A DNA stretch of 64,000 nt from Alcanivoracaceae bacterium (GCA_035301485.1 DATGUF010000038.1:26271-90270); one strand, 5' to 3'; counted from the stretch's first letter, positions 47,007 to 56,576 are shown. The notes: generated by a model from the sequence alone, not told the origin. A program made the numbers and translations.

Positions 47007-49547
47007 ATGCCTGGCTTGAACACGACGTACGCTATTCATGCGCTGCAGCAGTGCACTTCAAGCCAGGCCATAGCACAGTGGTGGCAACAACAGCACCAAG
47101 CGCTACTACAATCAGATGCTTCCCCCGCCACTTTATTGGTAAGGCACTGCCAGCTGCTCGACGCTCTTCTCTCTTTTTCACTGCAACCTTACCTAGAGCA
47201 AGCAACACTAATCGCCTTAGGCCATTATGGCCGACAGCAACTTTTACCCTATGCGCCCGCTTCTATTCTCTTGCTTGGCCACTTTACAGAGCAGCAGCAA
47301 CAAACACTGCAACAACAATTGCATGCTCTTGAGCCGCGTCTTCAGTGTCGCATTTTCAGCCTAAGCGAATGGCAGCAACTCACTCAACAAGACGTTGATT
47401 TATACACAGAAATGCTTGCTGCACGCTTTGTGGCTGGCAGCCGCCAACACTGGGCTCAGGTGCAAGAAAAACTCCCCCACTGGCCCACAAAAAAACTGTT
47501 TACTGCCCTGGAAAAAAACTACTTCACCGAGCAACTATTTAGCACAGCACCCAACCTCAGAACCATGACCGGTGGATTGCGGCATATTGCAGCACTGCAA
47601 TGGTTATCAAAAAACGCTGCCGCTAACGCCTTGCCTATTCAGCCAGTGGCCCCCGAACAGCAGCAACAATTGACGGCCCATCGTGCTTTCCTACTGCAAA
47701 CAAGTTGGTGGCTACAGTGCCACACCGGCAGCAATGCGCTCGCCCTTACCCCTAGCACGCTGCGCCAAGTGGCTAAAACGCACAACAAGCATTGTGCGCC
47801 CACAGCTTTAACTGCACCCATGTTGCTGCAAAAACTGTATACGCAATCTTTATTCACTGCCCAAGTGTGCCGCATTCAACTGCAGCGCTACCGCGAAATA
47901 CTGCTCACCGAAAACACGCCCGCACCCATCCGGCTTGTTAATCGACGTTTTTTGCTGCGCCACAAATACCTCGATGTCACTAGCCCAGAAGTGATTGAAC
48001 GCTGGCCATTTTCCATGGTGGAAATGTTTGTAATTCAGGGCGAAGAACCCAATGTAGAACGCCTCGGCAGCGGCATTTTAGAGCAATGCGTGGCGCACAA
48101 AGCCAAGCTTTCCGCCCCCGCACCAGCGCAACAATATTGGTTCTTGCGTTTATTGGCACGCAGCCACGATTTATTTAGCCAACTTCTGCTCATGCACCAA
48201 CTCGGCTTATTGGAGCAACTCATTCCAGCCATGGCCACTGTAAAAGGCGCCAGCATTAATGAACCAGAGCAGCGCTACCCTCGCGACCTACACGGCCTAG
48301 TCACCGTGCGCGAGCTACAGCGCTTGCGTCAGCAAGAAACGCGTCTCTCCATGACGTTGGCTTATAGTGTCAGCTATCACTTGCCCAAGCCCGAGCTGCT
48401 CTATATCGCAGGGTTGTTTCACAAGCTTATGCCACTATCGTCACGCTCAATAGCCGCAGCACAACAATTTTGCGAACGCCATGAATTACAGGAATGGGAA
48501 ACCGCCCTCATTCTTTGGCTCGTGGAGCATTACTCCCTCATGCTCACTGTGGCAGAGCAGCAAGACACCGCAGACCCTAGCACCGTTTATGCTTTCGCCC
48601 GTGCCGTGGGCAACCTCTTGCGTTTAGACTATTTATATTTACTCACCATAGCAGCCATTCGCGCCACCAACCCTTCTCTTTGGAACGGATGGCGTGGGCA
48701 ACGCCTCGAGGCGCTCTACCACTCTTGCAAGCGCGCCTTACGACGCGGCGTACACAACCCCATGGCAAAAGCAGATTGGGCCACAGAAACACGTGCTCAA
48801 GCCACGCAACTCATATTAGACCAACCCATTTCCACGCTCGCAGCACAACGCCTCTGGACACAAATTGGCGATGAGTATTTTTTACGCGAAAAGCCCACAG
48901 ATATTATTTGGCATACCAAAGCGATTTTACAGCATGGTTCATCTATCGAGCCGCTAGTGCTCATTCGCGAACAACTTAACAACGGGCAACAAAAAGGCAC
49001 TCAACTTTTTGTTTACACCCGCGACATGCTCAACCTTTTTGCTGTTACCGTGAATGTGCTTGAACGCTTAGGGTTCACGGTGATAGATGCCAACATTATT
49101 ACCTCTGCTCATGGTTTCAGCCTCGACACTTATGTGCTGCTTAAACAGAACGGCCAAGCCCTTAGCAGCACTGAGCAGCAGCTTATTCAACAGCGTTTGA
49201 GCGCAGCGCTTAGCCAACCAGAACATTTTTCACAGTACTTAGAACCTAGCCCTCTGCTAGAGCAGCACATCATCACCGTGCCCACACAAGTACAATTAGC
49301 CAATAGTGCCGATGGCTTTTATACCGTCGTCGCCATACAAACCCAAGACCAACCAGGCGTGCTGGCTAACATCGCGCGCATCTTTGCGCAGTTCAAATTC
49401 AGCATTCACCATGCTCGTATCAGCACCTATGGCGACCGCGTAGAAGACACTTTTCATATTAGTGATGCAGATGGCTTACCCCTCAGCGAAGCAAGCCAGT
49501 GTTTTGCATTGCAAAGCGCATTGCTCAGCGCGTTTAGCCAAAGTTGA
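47007..49547 (+). CDS. glnD: GlnD homologue ([protein-PII] uridylyltransferase/uridylyl-removing enzyme family) with degenerate catalytic motifs
   Basis: 846 aa in the canonical map-glnD position, colinear with GlnD (TGGLRHIAALQW, LWLVEHYSLMLTVAEQQD..DP, ATNPSLWNGWR, two C-terminal ACT-like segments). The NTase motif reads GHYGRQQLLPYAPASILLL and the HD dyad reads FHK. See findings. Confidence 0.8.
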   Translation: MPGLNTTYAIHALQQCTSSQAIAQWWQQQHQALLQSDASPATLLVRHCQLLDALLSFSLQPYLEQATLIALGHYGRQQLLPYAPASILLLGHFTEQQQQTLQQQLHALEPRLQCRIFSLSEWQQLTQQDVDLYTEMLAARFVAGSRQHWAQVQEKLPHWPTKKLFTALEKNYFTEQLFSTAPNLRTMTGGLRHIAALQWLSKNAAANALPIQPVAPEQQQQLTAHRAFLLQTSWWLQCHTGSNALALTPSTLRQVAKTHNKHCAPTALTAPMLLQKLYTQSLFTAQVCRIQLQRYREILLTENTPAPIRLVNRRFLLRHKYLDVTSPEVIERWPFSMVEMFVIQGEEPNVERLGSGILEQCVAHKAKLSAPAPAQQYWFLRLLARSHDLFSQLLLMHQLGLLEQLIPAMATVKGASINEPEQRYPRDLHGLVTVRELQRLRQQETRLSMTLAYSVSYHLPKPELLYIAGLFHKLMPLSSRSIAAAQQFCERHELQEWETALILWLVEHYSLMLTVAEQQDTADPSTVYAFARAVGNLLRLDYLYLLTIAAIRATNPSLWNGWRGQRLEALYHSCKRALRRGVHNPMAKADWATETRAQATQLILDQPISTLAAQRLWTQIGDEYFLREKPTDIIWHTKAILQHGSSIEPLVLIREQLNNGQQKGTQLFVYTRDMLNLFAVTVNVLERLGFTVIDANIITSAHGFSLDTYVLLKQNGQALSSTEQQLIQQRLSAALSQPEHFSQYLEPSPLLEQHIITVPTQVQLANSADGFYTVVAIQTQDQPGVLANIARIFAQFKFSIHHARISTYGDRVEDTFHISDADGLPLSEASQCFALQSALLSAFSQS

Positions 49548-49611
49548 CGATTTCACCTAGGCTTGTACGCTATGTTCACCTTTCATTACTGTGAGAATTA
49601 TCATGTGTGCA

Positions 49612-49965
49612 ATGACTGTTTTCGGCATCAGCAACTGTGACCAAGTACGCAAAGCACGTACTTGGCTGGAAGAGCAAGGCGTTGATTTTGTTTTTCATGA
49701 CTTTAGGAAAGACGGCCTCAGCGTGGAACAGGTACGCCAATGGGCCGCCGCCATTGGTTGGGAAAACGTTGTTAACAAACGTAGCAAGGTATGGCGTGAA
49801 ATGAGCTCCGAAGAACGTGAGCACATGAACGAAGAAAAAGCCATCGCAGCAGCTGTGGCGCAACCTACTTTTATTAAGCGTCCTTTCCTAGTGGCAGGCA
49901 ATCACTTTATACCGGGCTTTGATGCAGCGCGTTGGCAGGCAGCAATCGATAACCTAAGCACATAA
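49612..49965 (+). CDS. ArsC/Spx-family protein (YffB-like)
   Basis: MTVFGISNCDQVRKARTWLEEQGVDFVFHDFRKDG... resembles E. coli YffB. The start is uncertain: GTG 49591, ATG 49603 or ATG 49612. Confidence 0.8.
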   Translation: MTVFGISNCDQVRKARTWLEEQGVDFVFHDFRKDGLSVEQVRQWAAAIGWENVVNKRSKVWREMSSEEREHMNEEKAIAAAVAQPTFIKRPFLVAGNHFIPGFDAARWQAAIDNLST

Positions 49966-50032
49966 CACTAGCAGCGTTGGCGGCTATGGCTAAAGCATAT
50001 GCCGCCCTGCATCCACCGAAGAGAGTATAACA

Positions 50033-51607
50033 ATGAGCCACACAGACAACATCAATCCCGCCACCGGCGAACTTTACAAACAAATCCCAAACACATCGTT
50101 TGATGCTTTCCCAGCCATGATGGAAAAAGCACGCGCAGCGCAAAAACAATGGGCAGCGCTGAGTTTTAAGGAACGCGGCAAGCACCTTGAAAAAATGGAG
50201 GCCTACTTAACTGCCCATGCAGAAGAAATAGCCCTCCTCATTTCGCAAAGCAACGGCAAAACGCAAACAGATGCTTTATCCACCGAGGTGCTTCCCTGTG
50301 TGTTAGCTAGCCAGTGGTACCGCAAAAAAGCCCCTAAATACTTAGCACCCAAAAACCGTGGCGGTGGCTCATTCTTGTTTGGAAATAAGCGCTCGCGCAT
50401 GTATCACTTACCGCTCGGCGTCATTGGCATTATCAGCCCCTGGAACTATCCGCTTTCTATTCCTTTAGGTGAAATTTTCATGGCTCTCATGGCAGGTAAT
50501 GCTATTTTCTTAAAAGTAGCTGCTGCCACCCCTGCTGTGGGCGAGGCCATCGAACTCATCATGGCGGCAGGCGAACTACCGGAAGGCCTATTTCACCACA
50601 TTGTGGGCAGCGGCAGCAAAACAGCCGATGCTTTTTTTGAACACGGCATAGATAAACTGTTTTTCACAGGTTCAGTGGGCGTAGGCAAACAGCTCATGGC
50701 TCAAGCCGCTCCCACCCTCACGCCAGTAGTACTGGAATTAGGTGGCAACGACGCCATGATTGTACTTGAAGACGCAGACCTTGAACGGGCCGCCAACGGA
50801 GCAGCTTGGGCTGGTTATCAAAACGCAGGCCAATCTTGCGGAGGCGTCGAGCGTATTTATGTGGTGCAAAGTGTTTACGACGAATTTGTTAACTTGCTCG
50901 CCGAAAAAACCCGCGCACTGACACACGGCCCAGGGCATCGCAACCTAGATGTTAGCATTGGCAGCCTAACCACCGCCGGCCAGCTGCGTACTGTGGAACA
51001 GCAAATGGAAGACGCACTCAGCCAAGGAGCGCAAATAGTGGCCCAATCCACCGCAAAAGGTGAAATAGAAAACGGATTCTTCCACCCAGCCACTTTGCTC
51101 ACCAACGTTACCGAGGACATGCTGGTCATTAAAGAAGAGACTTTCGGCCCGTTACTTGGCGTTATTCCTGTAGCTTCGGCCGAGGAGGCTATTGCAAAAG
51201 CCAACCACTCAGAACTTGCGCTCACCTCTTCCATCTGGACAAAAAGCAACCGCCGCGGGCGTCAGCTTGCTGAGCAATTAGAGACAGGGGTGACCACTAT
51301 TAACGATCATCTTTACACACATGGCTTATCGGAAACCCCGTGGGGTGGTTGGAAAGAATCGGGCATTGGCCGTAGCCACGGCCCTGAGGGGTTGCTAGAA
51401 ATGGTTAACACGAAAGTGATTAACTGGGATATGCTACCGAGTAAATGCAACCTATGGTGGTACCCGCATACTGCGGCAACGCATGCGGCTTTGCTTCACG
51501 CCTTACGCTTTGCTGCGGGCGCAAACCTATTAACGCGCTTGCAAAGCAGTTTAAAACTGTTGCCTTACATGCTGAAAAAAATGTTCGCGCAAAACCTAGA
51601 CAAGTAA
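50033..51607 (+). CDS. NAD(P)-dependent aldehyde dehydrogenase family protein with a C-terminal extension
   Basis: 524 aa with catalytic Glu (LELGGNDA), catalytic Cys (GQSCGGVERIYV) and the EETFGP motif. About 60 extra residues follow the core domain. Confidence 0.88.
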   Translation: MSHTDNINPATGELYKQIPNTSFDAFPAMMEKARAAQKQWAALSFKERGKHLEKMEAYLTAHAEEIALLISQSNGKTQTDALSTEVLPCVLASQWYRKKAPKYLAPKNRGGGSFLFGNKRSRMYHLPLGVIGIISPWNYPLSIPLGEIFMALMAGNAIFLKVAAATPAVGEAIELIMAAGELPEGLFHHIVGSGSKTADAFFEHGIDKLFFTGSVGVGKQLMAQAAPTLTPVVLELGGNDAMIVLEDADLERAANGAAWAGYQNAGQSCGGVERIYVVQSVYDEFVNLLAEKTRALTHGPGHRNLDVSIGSLTTAGQLRTVEQQMEDALSQGAQIVAQSTAKGEIENGFFHPATLLTNVTEDMLVIKEETFGPLLGVIPVASAEEAIAKANHSELALTSSIWTKSNRRGRQLAEQLETGVTTINDHLYTHGLSETPWGGWKESGIGRSHGPEGLLEMVNTKVINWDMLPSKCNLWWYPHTAATHAALLHALRFAAGANLLTRLQSSLKLLPYMLKKMFAQNLDK

Positions 51608-51612
51608 TAACG

Positions 51613-51640
51613 AAGAAGGCCTTCACATGAAGGCCTTCTT
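51613..51640. terminator. Perfect 12-bp hairpin between the convergent aldehyde dehydrogenase and CvfB-like genes
   Basis: AAGAAGGCCTTC, loop ACAT, GAAGGCCTTCTT. Flanking T-runs are weak on both strands. Confidence 0.55.
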
Positions 51641-51643
51641 ACT

Positions 51644-52492
51644 TTATGGGCGTAAACCCTTTTCTGTTAATCGTATTTCATGATCGCCTGGCACCAGCAA
51701 CCCCTGTTTATATAAACGGCCGCACGCCTGTTTAAAAGCGCGCTTGCTCATGCCTGTAATACGTTTAATGGCTACAGGTGGGCTCTTATCCCCCAACGCC
51801 ATGTGCCCTGCGTGAGAACGCATCAACGCCAATATTTTTTCGCTATCATGGTCTAACCGCGTTACTCCTACAGGCTCTAAGGAAAGGTCCACGCGCTTAT
51901 CTTCCCGCACGCGGCGCACATAACCACTCACTTTTTCACCCACTGCTAAGGGGCGCAACACATCTGCATGGTAAAGCAAGCCCCAGCAGCTATTGTTGAC
52001 CACAGCCTTCACTCCTAAATCAGTGGTGTCTGCTATCACTAATTCCACTTGCTGTTCCGCGCGCAAGTTTTCAGCCTCATCGGCAATAAAATCAGAGAGC
52101 TTCATGGAAGCCGCCACACGCCCTTGCTCATCACGAAACACCATAACGAGCACTTCATCGCCCGCGTTGATATGCGCAGTGGTTTCGTTAAAAGGCAGCA
52201 ATAAATCTTTTGGCAGGCCCCAATCTAGGAAAAATCCTGCGGAGGTTTTGGCTAATACACGTAACATCGCCACTTTACCTACTTCAGCGAGCGGTATTTC
52301 ATCGGTAGCCACAAGCGCTTCCTTGTGGTCGCGATAAACAAACAAGTTTAATACTTCGCCCACCGATGGTTGCTCTGTCAACGCGGGGCTAATAAGCAGC
52401 TCTCCATCGTTACCGCCGTCCACATACGCTTTATTGTTTTCTACACGCACTACAGTTAAAGGGTTCCACTGCCCTACGGCCACCCATGTCAT
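51644..52492 (-). CDS. S1-domain RNA-binding protein, CvfB/YitL family
   Basis: 282 aa. GFFLDWGLPKDLLLPFNE and repeated S1-like segments with a C-terminal winged-helix-like tail match my recollection of COG2996. Confidence 0.75.
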   Translation of the reverse strand: MTWVAVGQWNPLTVVRVENNKAYVDGGNDGELLISPALTEQPSVGEVLNLFVYRDHKEALVATDEIPLAEVGKVAMLRVLAKTSAGFFLDWGLPKDLLLPFNETTAHINAGDEVLVMVFRDEQGRVAASMKLSDFIADEAENLRAEQQVELVIADTTDLGVKAVVNNSCWGLLYHADVLRPLAVGEKVSGYVRRVREDKRVDLSLEPVGVTRLDHDSEKILALMRSHAGHMALGDKSPPVAIKRITGMSKRAFKQACGRLYKQGLLVPGDHEIRLTEKGLRP

Positions 52493-52496
52493 GTCA

Positions 52497-53024
52497 TCAC
52501 CACATTAAATCATCAGGAATTGGAAAATCAGCATAAGGATCATCTTCTGCCGGCGTCTGTTCAGTCTCTTTATGCCACGACACAATTACTGTTTCATCTC
52601 GTTCCGCCAATCTTTCTAGCGCTTCTCGTGGAAGCACTTCGTAGCGGTCGGCCCAAAAAACAATGCCCATTTGGCCCGAAGATAAGGGGCGGATCATATT
52701 CTCTAGCACATATATCTTCGCTATCTGTTTACCATGCACAAACTGGTAGCTTTGCTCACCGCCTTGGCGTGCCACCTGATGCGTTTCAATGAGCTGCTGT
52801 ATTTCAGCACGCAAAGCGCGTTCACGTTGCTCTGCTTCGCGCTGCTCATTGAGCAAACGGGAGCGTTCAGCTTGTTCAGCTTGGCGCTGACGCGCCACCT
52901 CAGCCGTGCTTAGTTCCTTACCTTTTTTTGCTCGATGGCGTGCTTGGCGTTTTTCATGCTCTGCCCTGCGCGCCTGCTTGCTAGATGCTAGCCCTGCTTT
53001 GAGAAGTTGGTTCTTTAATGACAT
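52497..53024 (-). CDS. DUF2058 (YaiL-like) protein
   Basis: 175 aa. MSLKNQLLKAGL... is followed by a highly basic Arg/Lys/Glu-rich segment and an acidic C-terminus (DFPIPDDLMW). It ends 4 nt before the CvfB-like start. Confidence 0.75.
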   Translation of the reverse strand: MSLKNQLLKAGLASSKQARRAEHEKRQARHRAKKGKELSTAEVARQRQAEQAERSRLLNEQREAEQRERALRAEIQQLIETHQVARQGGEQSYQFVHGKQIAKIYVLENMIRPLSSGQMGIVFWADRYEVLPREALERLAERDETVIVSWHKETEQTPAEDDPYADFPIPDDLMW

Positions 53025-53046
53025 AACACTGTTTTGTTTAAGTAAA

Positions 53047-53079
53047 ATTAAAAGCGGCCATGCATTTGCACGGCCGCTA
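53047..53079 (-). terminator. Intrinsic terminator downstream of the outer-membrane barrel gene
   Basis: AGCGGCC (53054-53060) pairs with GGCCGCT (53073-53079). On the minus strand the stem is followed by TTTTAATTTT. Confidence 0.65.
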
Positions 53080-53100
53080 TTAGTAACGCATAAGCGTTCG

Positions 53101-53862
53101 TTAGAAGCTTACATTAACACCTAAGTAAGGGCCTTTAAACTCAAGATCGGCATCCACATCGCTAACATCATCAAGCTTTAGCTTCAATTGTGTGTAGCCC
53201 ACTTCCACACCAACTAAGAAAGGCGACTGCCAACCAGCTTTGAAGGTGGTGTCATAAAAACGGTTACCACTATAGCTAATGCCGTTTATTTCACCGCCCA
53301 CATAAAAGCCAGAGAAAGGTAGATCACCCGATAAGCCCACGTGAATCAAAGGCGCATACTCATCGGCAGACTCTTTACCCTGAATGCTATCCCCTGATAC
53401 AGCATCCTTACCTTCTATTTTTAATTCAGCATCAAGATGGCGAACGGTTAACCCAAGATCCACCTTTACTACGGTTTTCCATGGGGTCCAGTACAAAGTG
53501 AGGTCGGTCATATCAAGGTCATAAGAGCCTTTTACATCACTGCTCGCAGTAAAAGTTTGGCCGTCAAACGTCACATTTTTAGTTAGTGTACCTGTACTTG
53601 AATCACTGATCCCCATATGGCGCAAACGTACATTTGGTACAAGCGGTACAAAATGCTCAAAGCCAGCGTAGATAACAGCGCTAGTATCACTACCAAAACC
53701 GAAATCCTTTCTCATGTCAACGGAGTTTTCTTTATGATGAGAGAAGGTTCCCGAGGGTTTTTGATCCCATATATTTACCCCTCCATACACATCAAACCCC
53801 GGCGCCGCAAAAGCTGTAGACGCAGCCCCAACCAACGCCCCAACTACCAGCAAACGTTTCAT
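53101..53862 (-). CDS. Outer-membrane beta-barrel protein (TIGR04219-like)
   Basis: 253 aa with a signal peptide (MKRLLVVGALVGAASTAFA), an alternating amphipathic strand pattern and an aromatic C-terminus (...LGVNVSF). Confidence 0.75.
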   Translation of the reverse strand: MKRLLVVGALVGAASTAFAAPGFDVYGGVNIWDQKPSGTFSHHKENSVDMRKDFGFGSDTSAVIYAGFEHFVPLVPNVRLRHMGISDSSTGTLTKNVTFDGQTFTASSDVKGSYDLDMTDLTLYWTPWKTVVKVDLGLTVRHLDAELKIEGKDAVSGDSIQGKESADEYAPLIHVGLSGDLPFSGFYVGGEINGISYSGNRFYDTTFKAGWQSPFLVGVEVGYTQLKLKLDDVSDVDADLEFKGPYLGVNVSF

Positions 53863-54051
53863 ATTACATCCCCCGTAAAACTATTTTTATAATTCAAGCA
53901 GTATCGCATTGTCTTACAGGCCTGCCAACCTATACTCTACAATTTTTGTTTGTGTATGATGTAGCGCTTGTTAACATTAGCCTTCGTAAGGTGGCTTTAC
54001 TTATATACTATGTGCCTTACATTTCATCAATAATTTAAATAGATAAGCATT

Positions 54052-56538
54052 ATGACACCTTGGCTTGGTTTAGATCGGGTTTTCTTTGCGTTAGTACGCT
54101 TGTTTTTAAGCTGGTGTACTCGCATTAGCTTATTACCAGAAGACATTAGCACGCTTGGCCTTGATCCTGAAAAACCCATTTTATATGTGTTGCGTGATTC
54201 TTCCCTCGCTGATCTTCTGCTGCTTGATAAAGAAACGCGGCGCCTACACTTGCCTAGCCCGCTCACTCCCCTCCCAATGGATAGCACACCACTGCGCCGC
54301 AGCCATTGCTATGTTTTTAGGCGCAAACATTTATTTAGCCGCCAACGCGTAGCCCAAAACTCACGCAATATCACGGCCCTCGTGGAATACTTACGCGAGC
54401 ACACCGAACAAGACGTTCAAGTATTGCCTGTTGCTTTATATTGGGGGCGCAGTCCTGAAAAAGAAAATTCCTTATGGAAGGTTTTCTTCTCTAACAACTG
54501 GTCTGCACCAGGTTTTATCAAAAAGTTTATTATTATTCTTACCCAAGGCCGCCAGCTTTACATGAACATTAGCGAGCCTTTTTCATTGCGCCAACTAACC
54601 GATGAAAACATCAGTGAGGCGCGCGTGGTAAGAAAAACACAGCGCATCTTGCGTGTGCATTTCCGCCGTGAACAAGAGGCCATGATTGGCCCCGACCTTT
54701 CTCACCGTCGCACCTTGGTCAATAACATCATCGACAGCAGCCCTATTCGCGAGGCCATCAGCATTAGTGCAGCGGAAGCCAATGAAAGCTATAGCAAGCA
54801 CGAACGTATCGCTCGGCGTTACGCCATGGAAATTGCCGCAGACTATTCTCACACTGTCATTCGTGTTCTAGAAATTATTTTCGACTGGGTGTGGAACCGC
54901 CTCTATAGCGGTTTGCGTGCCTATAACACAGAAAACCTCAGTAAAATTGCGAAGAGCCATAATATTGTTTATGCCCCGTGCCATCGCAGCCATGCAGATT
55001 ACCTACTGCTCAGCTATCTGGTTTATAAAGCGGGCTTTGTCCCCCCTCATATTGCCGCTGGGGTAAACCTTAACTTACCTGTGTTAGGCACCATTTTACG
55101 CCGCGGCGGAGCATTCTTTATGCGCCGCAGCTTCCGCGACAACCCGCTTTACAGTGCTGTTTTCAATGAATATCTGCACACTATTTTAGTACGCGGTTAC
55201 TCCATTGAGTATTTTGTAGAAGGAGGCCGCAGCCGCAGTGGTCGCATGCTATCTCCACATGTGGGAATGGTTAACATGACGGTGCAAAGCTACCTCCGTG
55301 ATCGTCGCCGCCCCATCGCCTTCGTGCCTGTTTACATTGGCTATGAAAAACTCATTGAAGGGGGCTCCTACATTGGCGAACTCACGGGTAAGCAAAAGAA
55401 AAAAGAAAGTATCTTTGGCTTTTTCCGCTCTTTATCCGTACTAAGAAAGCACTTTGGCCAAGTGCACGTTAACTTTGGCGACCCCATTTTACTGGATGAA
55501 TATCTAGAACAGGAATTGCCCAACTGGCGCCAACAGGAAATTGATGACCTCAACGAAGTTATTCGCCCAGTAATTAATAACCTTGGCCAAGAAATTGTCA
55601 CACGCATTAATTCAGCAGCTGTGGCCAACCCAGTGAACCTGCTTGCGCTAGCGCTGTTAGCCTCACCTAAACACGCAATGGATGAGCAGCAATTACGCTT
55701 GCAACTGCAGCTCTACATGACGCTGTTGGAAAAAGCCCCTTATAGTGAGTGGTCTGCCTTAGCCAACAACAGCCCTGAAGACACCATTGAATACGGCCTC
55801 GCACATGATTTCATCGTGCGCAACGAGCACGAGCTAGGTGCCATTATTGCCATGGACAATGCGCAAGCACTCGAAACGGCCTACATCCGTAATAACAGCT
55901 TGCATATATTTGTTTTACCAGGGTTAGTATGTGCTCTGTTGGTGGATGCACAGCATATTTCCCGCCAACACCTACTAGAACTTGTACAGCTTTTGTATCC
56001 CTTTTTCCAAGGCGAATATCACCTACCTTGGAATAGTAATGCAGAGCTTGAAGCCGCTGTGGATCAAGTGCTCGCCACCCTCAGCGAACAAAGCTTAATT
56101 CAACAAGAAAATGGGCATTACAGTGGTGCGCCCAACAACACCATGGAGAGCGATTTGCTCACTCACTTAGCGCAAACTGTGGCGCAAGCATTAGAGCGTT
56201 TCTATCTCACCATTAGAATTTTAGTACAGCACGATGAAAACTCGTTACACCGAGAAGATCTCGAGCACTTGGCTCATCTCACCGCGCAGCGTTTATCAAT
56301 GCTTTATGAATTCAACTCCCCTGAGTTTTTCGACCGCACTGTGTTACGAAACTTTGTTAACCAACTCATTACTTATGGGCTAATTGTTGAAAACGAAGAC
56401 GGGACGCTCAGCTACGACGAGCGCATTGATAAACTAGATAGCGAAGCGCATCGCATGCTTAAACCTGGTTTGCGCCATGCTATTGCGCAACTCACGCGAT
56501 TAGATGTCAGTGTACCGTCACTCACTAGCGACGAATAA
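54052..56538 (+). CDS. plsB: Glycerol-3-phosphate 1-O-acyltransferase
   Basis: 828 aa, colinear with E. coli PlsB. It has the H(x)4D acyltransferase motif (PCHRSHADYLLLSY), then GAFFMRR and YFVEGGRSRSGR. Confidence 0.94.
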   Translation: MTPWLGLDRVFFALVRLFLSWCTRISLLPEDISTLGLDPEKPILYVLRDSSLADLLLLDKETRRLHLPSPLTPLPMDSTPLRRSHCYVFRRKHLFSRQRVAQNSRNITALVEYLREHTEQDVQVLPVALYWGRSPEKENSLWKVFFSNNWSAPGFIKKFIIILTQGRQLYMNISEPFSLRQLTDENISEARVVRKTQRILRVHFRREQEAMIGPDLSHRRTLVNNIIDSSPIREAISISAAEANESYSKHERIARRYAMEIAADYSHTVIRVLEIIFDWVWNRLYSGLRAYNTENLSKIAKSHNIVYAPCHRSHADYLLLSYLVYKAGFVPPHIAAGVNLNLPVLGTILRRGGAFFMRRSFRDNPLYSAVFNEYLHTILVRGYSIEYFVEGGRSRSGRMLSPHVGMVNMTVQSYLRDRRRPIAFVPVYIGYEKLIEGGSYIGELTGKQKKKESIFGFFRSLSVLRKHFGQVHVNFGDPILLDEYLEQELPNWRQQEIDDLNEVIRPVINNLGQEIVTRINSAAVANPVNLLALALLASPKHAMDEQQLRLQLQLYMTLLEKAPYSEWSALANNSPEDTIEYGLAHDFIVRNEHELGAIIAMDNAQALETAYIRNNSLHIFVLPGLVCALLVDAQHISRQHLLELVQLLYPFFQGEYHLPWNSNAELEAAVDQVLATLSEQSLIQQENGHYSGAPNNTMESDLLTHLAQTVAQALERFYLTIRILVQHDENSLHREDLEHLAHLTAQRLSMLYEFNSPEFFDRTVLRNFVNQLITYGLIVENEDGTLSYDERIDKLDSEAHRMLKPGLRHAIAQLTRLDVSVPSLTSDE

Positions 56539-56548
56539 CATGCCATCA

Positions 56549-56576
56549 GGGTGGTACAGCATAGTGTGTGCCACCC
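56549..56576 (+). terminator. Hairpin downstream of plsB
   Basis: GGGTGGTACA (56549-56558) pairs with TGTGCCACCC (56567-56576), with one G-U pair. The following sequence is only weakly T-rich. Confidence 0.4.

Noticed and set aside
47270-47335. A CAG/CAA-rich run that looked like a possible trinucleotide repeat.
   Set aside because: It is imperfect, in frame, and encodes the Gln-rich segment (EQQQQTLQQQL) of the glnD homologue. Gln-rich stretches recur in other proteins of this window such as RmuC. This is a compositional trait, not a microsatellite.
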